A stretch of 55,505 nt of DNA from an uncultured Dehalococcoidia bacterium. GTDB taxonomy: Bacteria; Chloroflexota; Dehalococcoidia; Lucifugimonadales; QGNO01. This document shows positions 24,350 to 33,383 of this stretch, piece after piece (the first letter of the stretch is position 1; every line of letters begins with the position of its first letter). A program made the position numbers and the translations under genes. The notes below the pieces were generated by a model, which did no database searches, was not told where the DNA came from, and saw only the letters and a program-made list of their open reading frames with translations. The stretch is taken from contig CAYVEN010000002.1 of assembly GCA_964450505.1 (NCBI GenBank), forward strand, positions 1,342 to 56,846. Reading direction: 5' to 3'.

Positions 24350-24950
24350 CGTCCTTTCCTTCAGTGGCCCAACTATTCAGAATCCCGGCTATGTATCGCC
24401 ATTTTCTCTGGTTAGAGCTGACGGCAATGCGAAACGCGTCCTCAATCCACTGCCGGGGATACTCCGCTTCCGCTTCCTTTAGCTCCTCCGTGAGCATGGG
24501 GGTCAATGAGCCGATGTTCTCCTCGTACAGAACAAAGATGTTCGGACGGTCTTCACCTTGAGATGAAGATACCGGCTCCTCCACCGCCACTTCACCAAGC
24601 CGGGCCATGGCCCTTCTTCCCGGCTCGTCGTTCAAGAACAGAGCCTTCTCATTGCCCTGCTCAGCTTCCAGCAAAGTGCCCCGCGTCACCGCCAGTTGGA
24701 CTCCCTTGATAATTGCCTGCTTGGAGCCTTCCGGTTCCTGGGCCAGGGCATCGGCAAGGATCGCATCGTTCTCCAACTCCGATGCAGTGACCCAGAGGCG
24801 TTTGCTGCGGCGCTGGTGCACCATTCCGATCAATCTGAGGGTGCACTTCAACTCGGCAAGCGAGTCTATCTCGGCAAGGAGCGGCCCCAGTGCTTGCGCC
24901 GGAACGGGGACGAGCTTGGTTCCCTTGGGGAAGGCGAGGGTTGCGGCCAT
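24273..24950 (-). CDS. DnaD-domain replication protein
   Basis: 225 aa. The C-terminal 'NIFVLYEENIGSLTPMLTEELKEAEAEYPRQWIEDAFRIAVSSNQRKWRYIAGILNSW' is the DnaD/DnaB_2 domain signature. It starts 2 nt after the dnaB stop. Confidence 0.75.
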   Translation of the reverse strand: MAATLAFPKGTKLVPVPAQALGPLLAEIDSLAELKCTLRLIGMVHQRRSKRLWVTASELENDAILADALAQEPEGSKQAIIKGVQLAVTRGTLLEAEQGNEKALFLNDEPGRRAMARLGEVAVEEPVSSSQGEDRPNIFVLYEENIGSLTPMLTEELKEAEAEYPRQWIEDAFRIAVSSNQRKWRYIAGILNSWATEGKDDGEPRRHSKTSDRKEYLRRYGYLAR

Positions 24951-24952
24951 GG

Positions 24953-26317
24953 TCAGACTGCTCTCTGCGTAGCCAGGTTTTCGAATCGAGAGAACTGGTC
25001 TCGGAAGTATAGGCTCAGGTTCTTGAGCGGGCCGTTTCTATGTTTAGCGATGATGAGTTCGGCGATGTTCTTGGGGTATGGCTCCACGGGACGATGCCTT
25101 TCCCACTCCTCTTCGTTGTAATACATGTCGTCCCTATAGATGAACGCCACCACGTCGGCGTCTTGCTCTATGCTGCCGCTGTCTCTGAGGTCCGAGAGCT
25201 GAGGTCTATGAGAGGGGCGCTGCTCCACGGCGCGGCTCAGCTGGGAAATGGCGATCAAGGGAACGTTGAGGTCCCTGGCCAGGCCTTTCAAGGCGCGCGA
25301 TATATCGCTCATCTCCTGGACCCTGTTTTCGGAGCGGCTGCTGCCTTGCATAAGCTGAAGGTAGTCCACGACTATCAGGTCCAGCCGCCGCTCCATGTGC
25401 AGCCGCCTTGCCTTGCTGCGCAACTCTATGATTGTCTGAAGCGGGGTGTCGTCAATGAAGATGGGCAGGTCTGAAAGAGCGCCCACCGCGTCTATGACCC
25501 TTTGTTGCTCCCTATCGCTCATCAGGTTTATACGCAGGCTGTGGCTGTCCACCTGCGCCTCGGAGGAAAGCAAACGCATCGCCAACTGCTCGCTGCTCAT
25601 TTCCAGGCTGAATATGCCCACGTTGGCGCCTTGACCAGCGGCATGCTGGGCAATGTTCAGCGCCAGAGTGCTCTTGCCCATGCTGGGACGGGCGGCGAGT
25701 ATGACAAGGTCAGACCGTTGCAGTCCTCCAAGCACGGTGTCCAGGTCCATGAAACCCGTCGGCACCGGCGCCGTACCGTGTTCCAGCGCTAGGTGCGCCG
25801 ACGCCGTATCTTCCAGGTATTTGTCCAGGACGTCTCTCAGGGGAACGAAGTCCCTGTTTTCCCTGCGGGACCTGATGCGGAACAACAGCTCCTCGGCCTG
25901 GCCCAGCGCCGAGTCCACGTCCGAGTCCTGTTCGTAACCCAGGGCGGCTATTTCCGTGGCGGCTGAGATGAGGTTGCGCATGGTGGATGTGCGGCTCACC
26001 ATGCGGGCGTAGTGCTCTACGTATACGGAGGTGGGAACGGTGGTTACCAGGTGGCTGAGGAATGCCGCTCCCCCTGCCGGGTCCAACCGTTCCAAGCCTT
26101 CCAACTCGTGGGCGACGGAGACCTGGTTTATAGGCTCACCGCGTTGAAAAAGAGCCAGGCATGCCTCGTAGCTCCACCTGTTTCGCTCTCGATAAAAGTC
26201 CTCCGGCTTGAGGAAGGGCGCCACCTGCAGCATGGCGCTGCCGTCCAACAGGATGGAACCCAGCACCGCTTCTTCGGCGGCGTCATCATGGGGAGGCAAG
26301 CGGTCGGTGTACATCAA
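24953..26317 (-). CDS. dnaB: Replicative DNA helicase
   Basis: 454 aa with 'PPHDDAAEEAVLGSILLD', Walker A 'MGKSTLALNIA' and 'VVDYLQLM'. It sits in the conserved rplI-dnaB arrangement. Confidence 0.95.
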   Translation of the reverse strand: MMYTDRLPPHDDAAEEAVLGSILLDGSAMLQVAPFLKPEDFYRERNRWSYEACLALFQRGEPINQVSVAHELEGLERLDPAGGAAFLSHLVTTVPTSVYVEHYARMVSRTSTMRNLISAATEIAALGYEQDSDVDSALGQAEELLFRIRSRRENRDFVPLRDVLDKYLEDTASAHLALEHGTAPVPTGFMDLDTVLGGLQRSDLVILAARPSMGKSTLALNIAQHAAGQGANVGIFSLEMSSEQLAMRLLSSEAQVDSHSLRINLMSDREQQRVIDAVGALSDLPIFIDDTPLQTIIELRSKARRLHMERRLDLIVVDYLQLMQGSSRSENRVQEMSDISRALKGLARDLNVPLIAISQLSRAVEQRPSHRPQLSDLRDSGSIEQDADVVAFIYRDDMYYNEEEWERHRPVEPYPKNIAELIIAKHRNGPLKNLSLYFRDQFSRFENLATQRAV

Positions 26318-26985
26318 GGCTGCTGTTCCTCTTCTGCATCGGGTTCAGGATCGGTTGAGGGAGTCTGCTCGTCCGCGTCGTCCGTACCGGGGGATTCCAC
26401 GGCCTCCGGCTCCATGTTCTGCTCGGCGTCTGTCTCGTCCATAGCGGGAGATTTCACGGTATCCGGCTCCATGCCTTGCTCTGCGGCTTCGGCCTGTTCC
26501 GCCTCCTCGGCCAACCTTGCCTCCACTGCGCCCTCCTGCCCCTCAGCATCGACGACGATCTTCAGAGTAGCCGATATACCGTAGGAAAAGCGCACCTGCG
26601 CTTCGTAGATTCCGGGCTCGTGTATAGAGTTTTCCAGTTGAATCGAGCGGCGGTCGAACTCGCGCTCGGTGAGGCGGATCAACTCTTCAGTGACGTGGGT
26701 GGAGGTCACCGCGCCGTAAAATCTACCTGTAGGCCCAACCCGGGCGCTGAGGCGCAGCGTCACTTCGCTGAGCAGCTCCACCAGTGCGTTCAGGTCGTTC
26801 TGCTCTTTGATGCGGCGCTCGTCTCCCGCTTTGCGTATGGCTTCCAGTCGCTGCATGTGGTCGTGGGATGCGGGAACGGCCAGCTCCCTGGGAAGGAGGA
26901 AGTTACGGGCGTAACCGTTCTTCACCTCTTTCACGTCTCCGGCCTGACCGCTGCCCGGCACATCCGATATAAATATCACTTTCAT
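26314..26985 (-). CDS. rplI: 50S ribosomal protein L9 with ~78-aa acidic C-terminal extension
   Basis: ATG at 26985 follows GAGGTG. 'MKVIFISDVPGSGQAGDVKEVKNGYARNFLLP' is the canonical L9 N-terminus. The protein is 223 aa, versus ~148 aa typically. Confidence 0.9.
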   Translation of the reverse strand: MKVIFISDVPGSGQAGDVKEVKNGYARNFLLPRELAVPASHDHMQRLEAIRKAGDERRIKEQNDLNALVELLSEVTLRLSARVGPTGRFYGAVTSTHVTEELIRLTEREFDRRSIQLENSIHEPGIYEAQVRFSYGISATLKIVVDAEGQEGAVEARLAEEAEQAEAAEQGMEPDTVKSPAMDETDAEQNMEPEAVESPGTDDADEQTPSTDPEPDAEEEQQP

Positions 26986-27150
26986 ATCCAAACACCTCGA
27001 AAATAAGATTTTCTCTAACTCGGAGCTAAACCCCAAGAAGATGAAAAGAGAATTTTACCCTAACAGTCCGCCAAAAACCTCTTTGGAACGTTTGAGCTAG
27101 TATAGTTGGAAATCTCCGATTTGAGAAGGGTGGGAGCCGGAGGTTGGGCA

Positions 27151-29373
27151 TCATGCCTGCAGCGCTCTTTCAAGACCGTTGCGCCAGGCATCCGAAAGCT
27201 CTGCCAGCGGGCTGTCCAGAATATCCGGAAATGAGAACCTGTTCCCTCCCACAGTTCCCAGCAAGAGGTACGGCGCCCCCATTTCCCTGCAGGCCGTTTC
27301 CACCGCCTGCAGATTGGCCGGGTCAAACGACACCAGGATCCTTGACGCCGCTTCACCGAACAAGGCCGCGTCCCACCGTTCCCCCAGCCCAACGCTGCCG
27401 GTGAAACCCAGGTTGCCCTGAACGGCGCTTTCGGCGATTGCTATGCCCAGACCGCCCTCCGAGCAGTCGTGGGCGGAACTGACTAGACCTTGGTTGACAA
27501 GCTCACGGCAGCATCGCTGCACCTTCGCTTCCAAGTCGAGGTCTATACTTGGCCGGCCTGCCACTACGCCGTGAATCAGCTCCAGGTATTCGCTGCCGGC
27601 CAAGCTCGCGGTGTCTCCCGAAAGCTCCGACGCGCCGATGAGGAGGACGAGGTCTCCCTCTTTCCTGAAGGCCGATCCCACGGCGCTGCTTACGTTTTCC
27701 AGCAGCCCCATTGCGCCGACAACCGGTGTGGGATAGACCGCCGTTCCCCTGGTCTCGTTGTAGAGGCTGGCGTTGCCGCTCACCACAGGCACGTCCAGAG
27801 CGGTGCATGCTTCCACCATGCCGCGCACGGACTCACTCATCTGATAGGCCACGTAGGACTCATCCGGGTTGCCAAAGTTGAGGCAGTCGGTGACGGCCAC
27901 GGGCGTTGCTCCGGTGCTGGACACGTTGCGGCAAGCTTCGGCAACGGCAAGAGCGCCGCCGACAAAGGGGTCCAAGTAGCAGATGCGGCCGTTGCAATCG
28001 ATGGAGAGAGCGATTCCTCGCTGAGTGCCTTTGATTCGGAGCACCGCGGCGTCGGCTGCTCCCGGGGCAATGACCGTGTTGGTCTGCACCTGGTGGTCGT
28101 ACTGGCGGTACACCGTTTCCCTGCTGGCGATGTTGGGTGAAGCGAGGAGCCTTAGCAACACATTGGAAGGTGATTCGCTTGGCAACGGCGTGGAGTCCAG
28201 GTTGTACTCCTGCAGGTCTTTGAGAAGCTGGGGCTTTTCGCCAACAACGTTGTAAAGCGGGGGGTGCGTCAGCATTCCCCCGGGGACGATACCGACCTGC
28301 TCTTCGCCCTGGAAGATGCGCGCCATGCCGTCCCTGGTCACCTCGCCGATAACGGTGCACGGGATGTCCCACTTGTCCATGATGACCCTTACCGCTTCCA
28401 GGTTTTCGGGATCGAGTATGAGCAACATCCGCTCTTGGGACTCGGAAAGCATGACCTCGTAGGGGGACATACCGGACTCTCGCCTGGGCACACGTGAAAC
28501 GTCCAGCCTGAACCCGGTGCCGCCCTTGGTCGTCGCTTCCACGGTTGAGCTGGTGAGTCCGGCCGCGCCCAGGTCTTGCATCCCTTCTATCAACTCGGCG
28601 CGAGCCACTTCCAGGCAGGCCTCTATGAGCACCTTTTCCATGAAGGGATTGCCCACCTGTACCGTGGGTCTGAGTTCCGTCTCCTCTTCGAAGGTGCGGG
28701 ATGCCAGACCAGATGCCCCGTGTATGCCGTCGCGCCCCGTTTCCGCGCCCACCAGAACCAGCAGGTTGCCCGGTGTTCTGGCCACGGCTCGCACCAGGCT
28801 GTCGGAGGGGACGATTCCAACGCAGAGAGCGTTAACCAGTGGATTGCCGGAATATGAGCTGTCAAAGGCGATCTCCCCGCCCACGTCGGGCACGCCGATG
28901 CAGTTGCCGTAACCGGAGATACCGCCGACCACTCCTTGGAAGAGATGGCGGTTTCGCGGCTCGGTCAGGGGCCCGAATCGCAGCGAGTTCAACAGGGCTA
29001 TGGGACGTGCGCCCATGGCCAGTATGTCGCGCACTATACCCCCGACCCCAGTGGCCGCACCCTGGTACGGCTCCACTGCGGAAGGGTGGTTGTGCGACTC
29101 CACCTTGACCACGGCGGCCAGCCCGCCGCCTATGTCAATGACGCCCGCGTTCTCCTGGCCGGGGGCCGTGAGAAGATGCGGGCTTTCTGAGGGGAAGGTG
29201 CGTATAAGCTGCTTGGAGTGCTTGTATCCGCAGTGCTCGCTCCATAGCGCGCCGAACATGCCAAGCTCGACGGGGTTCGGTTCCCTGTCGAGCCTGCGCA
29301 GGATATCGCTGTACTCCTCTTCGGTTAGGGCTATCTGGTCAAGGGTTTCTTTAGATATGGTCACGTTGTACAC
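27151..29373 (-). CDS. purL: Phosphoribosylformylglycinamidine synthase subunit PurL
   Basis: 740 aa with 'WSEHCGYKHSK' and 'ESHNHPSAVEPYQGAATGVGG'. Confidence 0.95.
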   Translation of the reverse strand: MYNVTISKETLDQIALTEEEYSDILRRLDREPNPVELGMFGALWSEHCGYKHSKQLIRTFPSESPHLLTAPGQENAGVIDIGGGLAAVVKVESHNHPSAVEPYQGAATGVGGIVRDILAMGARPIALLNSLRFGPLTEPRNRHLFQGVVGGISGYGNCIGVPDVGGEIAFDSSYSGNPLVNALCVGIVPSDSLVRAVARTPGNLLVLVGAETGRDGIHGASGLASRTFEEETELRPTVQVGNPFMEKVLIEACLEVARAELIEGMQDLGAAGLTSSTVEATTKGGTGFRLDVSRVPRRESGMSPYEVMLSESQERMLLILDPENLEAVRVIMDKWDIPCTVIGEVTRDGMARIFQGEEQVGIVPGGMLTHPPLYNVVGEKPQLLKDLQEYNLDSTPLPSESPSNVLLRLLASPNIASRETVYRQYDHQVQTNTVIAPGAADAAVLRIKGTQRGIALSIDCNGRICYLDPFVGGALAVAEACRNVSSTGATPVAVTDCLNFGNPDESYVAYQMSESVRGMVEACTALDVPVVSGNASLYNETRGTAVYPTPVVGAMGLLENVSSAVGSAFRKEGDLVLLIGASELSGDTASLAGSEYLELIHGVVAGRPSIDLDLEAKVQRCCRELVNQGLVSSAHDCSEGGLGIAIAESAVQGNLGFTGSVGLGERWDAALFGEAASRILVSFDPANLQAVETACREMGAPYLLLGTVGGNRFSFPDILDSPLAELSDAWRNGLERALQA

Positions 29374-29384
29374 CTAACTTCCGA

Positions 29385-29852
29385 CTAACCGGCACTTCCC
29401 AATGTTACCAATATAACCCCTCCCACCACTAGGCACGCTCCTATCCATATTCTCAGTGTTATCCGCTCCAACTGTTTCAGAAAGATGTACGCCAAGCTCA
29501 GAGATATGAGGGGCGAAACGGACGATACCGGCGCAACCACCACTACAGGCGCCAGGCTGAGCGCCGAGTAGTTGAAGGCCACCCCGGACGATGCCGCAAT
29601 GCCCGACAAGACCAGGAAGAGAAACGCCTTCCTGGGTGCGCGTCGGTCTTTGACTATATTCTTGTTGGCAAGTGCGGTAAGGACGACAAAGCCCACGAAC
29701 AAGGCGACCGTGGCTACTACCAGCGGCGGCGCGTGTTCAGTCACAATCTGCCTGGCAAGAAACTGGCTTGAACCGTAGGCAGTAGCGGCCATGAGGGCAA
29801 GGGCCATGCCTAGGACAATGGGTCTGCTGTTGAGCCTGCCGGGGGTGTGCAT
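29385..29852 (-). CDS. Half-size EamA/DMT transporter (C-terminal-repeat equivalent)
   Basis: 155 aa with about 5 TM segments. Its ATG lies 1 nt after the stop of the preceding half-size EamA ORF. Confidence 0.6.
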   Translation of the reverse strand: MHTPGRLNSRPIVLGMALALMAATAYGSSQFLARQIVTEHAPPLVVATVALFVGFVVLTALANKNIVKDRRAPRKAFLFLVLSGIAASSGVAFNYSALSLAPVVVVAPVSSVSPLISLSLAYIFLKQLERITLRIWIGACLVVGGVILVTLGSAG

Positions 29853-29853
29853 C

Positions 29854-30288
29854 CTAACGCCGCTCCGGCGCAGTCACTATGAGAACAACGCCTCCGACTA
29901 TGATGAGCGTTCCCAGCGCAATCAGAGGATCCAGAGTCTCGCCGCCGATGAGCACGCCCAAGGTCACCGCCACCAGGGGCGCCGCAGCGAGCAATGGCGC
30001 GGCTCGCGACACACCGGCAAGCCGTATGCTGTTGAAGTTGAGGAACCTGCCCAGCAGGTAGTTGAGAAGTCCAAGCAGGGCGATCCATCCTATTGCCGTG
30101 GACGACAGGGCAAAATCGCCAGGGCCGTGGACTGCGAAGGCAATGGCGCCGATGAGAAGCGTCCCCGTGGCCAGTGAAAGCGCCGTGCCCGTTGTCGAGC
30201 TGATGTTTTGCAATCCAACTCGTACGAAGATTGCCGACGCTCCCCATCCGGTCGCTGCCAGCAGCGCGAAGACAATTGCTAAGGCCAA
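29854..30288 (-). CDS. Half-size EamA/DMT transporter (N-terminal-repeat equivalent)
   Basis: 144 aa with about 5 TM segments. The TTG start lies 1 nt after the purQ TAG. 'LLAATGWGASAIFVRVG' is typical of an EamA first helix. Confidence 0.6.
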   Translation of the reverse strand: MALAIVFALLAATGWGASAIFVRVGLQNISSTTGTALSLATGTLLIGAIAFAVHGPGDFALSSTAIGWIALLGLLNYLLGRFLNFNSIRLAGVSRAAPLLAAAPLVAVTLGVLIGGETLDPLIALGTLIIVGGVVLIVTAPERR

Positions 30289-30289
30289 T

Positions 30290-30979
30290 CTAGCCCGCCG
30301 AAGCCGCTATCGATTCGAAGATTGGCCGTCCGTCCGTTCCGCCAAGCAGAAGCTCGCAGCAACGTTCGGGATGAGGCATCATGCCGAGCACGTTGCCGTT
30401 CTTGTTGACGATACCGGCAATGTTTTGCGCCGAACCGTTGGGGTTGGAACCTTCCGTTATCTCGCCGGAGGGGCTGGAATAACGGAAAACGACCAGGCCG
30501 TCATCGTTGAGCGCCTGGAGAGTGTCGGGATCCGCGTAGTAGTTGCCCTCACCGTGCGAAATGGGCACTTGAATCACCTGGTCTTTCTCATAGGTGGAGG
30601 AGAACATGGTGTGGGTGTTTTCCACCCGAAGGTGCGTCCATTCGCAGTGAAAGCGCAGATCACGGTTGCGCATGAGGACGCCGGGCAGCAAGCCTGCTTC
30701 ACAGAGCACCTGAAAGCCGTTGCATATCCCAATGACCAGCCCGCCGCGCTCTGCGTGCTCTCTTACCGAGCTCATCACCGGCGAGAAACGGGCGATGGCG
30801 CCCGTGCGCAGATAGTCTCCGTAGGAGAAGCCGCCGGGCAGGATTATGCAGTCCACACCCGACAGGTCGGTGTCCTTGTGCCAGATATATGCAGCGTCCT
30901 GGCGCAGCACGTCGGTGACTGCGTGATAGCAATCGGTATCGCTCCAGGTTCCAGGGAAGACTACTATTCCAAAACGCAA
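30290..30979 (-). CDS. purQ: Phosphoribosylformylglycinamidine synthase subunit PurQ (glutaminase)
   Basis: 229 aa with '[10 protein letters not shown]', nucleophile 'GICNGFQVL' and 'MMPHPER'. Confidence 0.95.
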   Translation of the reverse strand: MRFGIVVFPGTWSDTDCYHAVTDVLRQDAAYIWHKDTDLSGVDCIILPGGFSYGDYLRTGAIARFSPVMSSVREHAERGGLVIGICNGFQVLCEAGLLPGVLMRNRDLRFHCEWTHLRVENTHTMFSSTYEKDQVIQVPISHGEGNYYADPDTLQALNDDGLVVFRYSSPSGEITEGSNPNGSAQNIAGIVNKNGNVLGMMPHPERCCELLLGGTDGRPIFESIAASAG

Positions 30980-31075
30980 CGGAAATCTCCTGATGGTGAC
31001 GGGATTGTGGGATTATATGTTATTTCGAGCGGAGTGGGGAGTCTACAAAACAATGAAGCCAGGCTCTCACATTGG

Positions 31076-31786
31076 TCAAGTCTCGCGACTCAACTCGTCT
31101 ACCAGACGTCCTAGCTCTGCTCTTTCAGCCCTGTTCAACCGTGAATTCGACAAAAAAGCGCTCCAGCCGACGAATCGTCTGCCCAGCAGTTCCCCGCTGT
31201 AGACGTGAATGCTGAGATTATCTATCTTCCTCTTGTCAAATCGCACCTTGAACGTATTTTCTAACTGCTCTACTACGGTCTTTCCATTGCCCAGGAGCAA
31301 TTGGATGTTGTCGTTTTCTTGCAGCATCTTCTCAAGGAACGGTGCGCCGTTGTTGATTAGCTTGCTCTTGGTATCCTTTGGCAACTCGCTCCATAAAGGA
31401 TCTGTGGGCCATTGAACCAGGTCCAGAGAGCAGGCCAAGTCAGGTTGGTCATCGCCATATTTTCCGCCGTAGGTGACTCCACATGCGTTGAGGATTGGCT
31501 TCAACATGGTGAAGTATCTATAAGTATTGCGTTCGAAATATCGCGTCTTTTCCTCCCACACCCGGTTTAGGAGTTGTTCTTCTACGCCGTCTCTGTCCAA
31601 GGTTTTCCATTCTTTGGGCAAGAAGTCTTTACGCTTCCACGAGCCATGCGGATTGATGCCGACGGTGGCAGCGCGGGCGGAGGTGAAGTGGCCTTCCGCT
31701 AAAGCGGGAATAGAACCTTCAGGTACACAGCAGCCATCGGGCGGCTTTGCGTTCAGCACGTGTGCCCGTACGTAGTTAGGGATCAA
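31076..31786 (-). CDS. Hypothetical protein, possibly uracil-DNA-glycosylase-superfamily fold
   Basis: 236-aa ORF in a stretch of about 50% GC (spot counts 40-58%). The motif order 'VGINPHGS' ... 'CSLDLVQWPT' ... 'IQLLLGNGKTV' ... 'GWSAFLSNSR' resembles UDG-fold motif 1, beta2, beta3 and motif 2. This was recognised from memory only. Confidence 0.3.
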   Translation of the reverse strand: MIPNYVRAHVLNAKPPDGCCVPEGSIPALAEGHFTSARAATVGINPHGSWKRKDFLPKEWKTLDRDGVEEQLLNRVWEEKTRYFERNTYRYFTMLKPILNACGVTYGGKYGDDQPDLACSLDLVQWPTDPLWSELPKDTKSKLINNGAPFLEKMLQENDNIQLLLGNGKTVVEQLENTFKVRFDKRKIDNLSIHVYSGELLGRRFVGWSAFLSNSRLNRAERAELGRLVDELSRET

Positions 31787-31799
31787 TTACAACTTATCT

Positions 31800-33212
31800 C
31801 TATAACTGCGGCCGCTTCTCGTGCCAGGGCGTGGCCTGTTCGTAGGCGTAAGCCGCCTGGAGCACAGTCCCTTCCTGGAACGGCTTGCCTACTATCTGCA
31901 GGCCCACCGGCAGTCCCTTGTCGTCGAAGCCGCAGGGCACGCTTATCGCGGGGAAGCCCGTGATATTGAAGGGGCGGTTATGCCAGAGCATCAGGTTCTG
32001 CGTTGCTTCCTCCACCCCATCTATGGTTACGCGGCTTTCTTCAACCTTGGGCGCGGTGAGCTGCTCGGTGGGAGTTATCAGTAAGTCCAGGTCAGACATC
32101 GCATCCAGATAGCCCTGTGTAAACACGGCCCTGGCCTGGTGCGACTTGATGTAGTCCACCGCAGGCACGAACATCCCCGACTTTATCCGGGTCAGCACCT
32201 GCGGGACGTAATCGCCGGGTCGCTCCTCTAACCACTTGCGGTGAAACGCCGCCACCTCCGGGCCCAGGATACCCAGCGAGATGGCTACGGCGTCGTCCAT
32301 GCTGGGCACGTCTACCTCGCGCACCTCCACGCCCATCCCCTCCAGGGTCTCGATGGCCTTCTCCACGGCATCGCTTACCCCCGGCTGCAGGCGTACGAAG
32401 AACTCCTTGCGAGGCAGTCCGGCCTTCAGCCCTTTCAGGGGTCTCTTCATCTCCGAAACGTAGTCGGGCACAGGCATCTCCCTGGAGCCGAGGTCTTTAG
32501 GGTCGTATCCCGCCATGGCCTGCAGCAGTATGGCGCAGTCCTCCACGCTTCGCGCCATGGGCCCGGCATGGTCCAGCGACCACGACAGGGGCACCACACC
32601 GTGTTTGCTCACACGCCCGTAGGTCGGCTTTAACCCCACCACTCCGCATATCGATGCCGGGATGCGTATTGAGCCGCCCGTATCGGAGCCGGTGGCCGCG
32701 GGCAGCATGCCGGCCATCAGCGCCACACCGGAGCCGCTGCTGGAGCCTCCGGGTATGCGCTCCATATCCCACGGGTTGGGCGGCGTGCCGTAGTCCGGGT
32801 TGATCCCTATTGCGCCGTATGCAAAGGGGTGCATGTTCAGCTTGCCCAGGATGATGCCGCCCGCATCTTTCAGCTTTGTCACCGAGGTGGCGTCCTCGTC
32901 AGGCACGAAGTCGCCCAGGATGGGCGATCCCGCCGTGGTGACCACTCCCTTGGTGTAGTAGAGGTCCTTCAACCCAATGGGTATGCCGTGCAGCGGGCCG
33001 CTGTAGTCGCCTGAGGCCAACGCCTTCTCCGACTGCTCCGCCTCCTTTATCGCGGAATCCTCCATCAGCGTGATGAAGGAGTGAAACGCGCTGTCCAGGG
33101 CGTGGATGCGTTCCAGGCATGCCTGCAAAAGCTCCACGGGCGACACCTTCTTGTCGCGCAGCAGGGGGGCCAGTTCGGTAACGGTCAGGTAGTGCAGTTC
33201 TTGATTGGACAT
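31800..33212 (-). CDS. Amidase-signature family amidase (second copy, diverged)
   Basis: 470 aa with 'IGLKDLY', 'GGSSSGSGVALMAG' and 'GGSIRIPASICG'. Confidence 0.9.
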   Translation of the reverse strand: MSNQELHYLTVTELAPLLRDKKVSPVELLQACLERIHALDSAFHSFITLMEDSAIKEAEQSEKALASGDYSGPLHGIPIGLKDLYYTKGVVTTAGSPILGDFVPDEDATSVTKLKDAGGIILGKLNMHPFAYGAIGINPDYGTPPNPWDMERIPGGSSSGSGVALMAGMLPAATGSDTGGSIRIPASICGVVGLKPTYGRVSKHGVVPLSWSLDHAGPMARSVEDCAILLQAMAGYDPKDLGSREMPVPDYVSEMKRPLKGLKAGLPRKEFFVRLQPGVSDAVEKAIETLEGMGVEVREVDVPSMDDAVAISLGILGPEVAAFHRKWLEERPGDYVPQVLTRIKSGMFVPAVDYIKSHQARAVFTQGYLDAMSDLDLLITPTEQLTAPKVEESRVTIDGVEEATQNLMLWHNRPFNITGFPAISVPCGFDDKGLPVGLQIVGKPFQEGTVLQAAYAYEQATPWHEKRPQL

Positions 33213-33314
33213 AGTGGGCTGATTCTATTGGCGCAAAATGGGAAGGTCAACAGGGGTGGAGGGGCATGTAAGTGAGTAGAACAGGCAGCAATGACCAAAA
33301 TCAAACCTGTTCCC

Positions 33315-33342
33315 TTGCAAGAAAAGCTCAAATAACTATAAT
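33315..33342 (+). promoter_or_regulatory. Sigma70-like promoter of the amino-acid ABC operon
   Basis: TTGCAA (33315-33320), a 16-nt spacer, then TATAAT (33337-33342). It lies 41 nt upstream of the ATG, which carries RBS GGAGGAGAG. Confidence 0.55.
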
Positions 33343-33383
33343 GTACACGTGCAATCTGTGTAGCTTATTTATGTGGAGGAGAG

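Noticed and set aside
30062-31114. 350-aa plus-strand ORF across the EamA and purQ genes.
   Set aside because: It is antisense to purQ, which has unmistakable glutaminase motifs, and it has no motif of its own.
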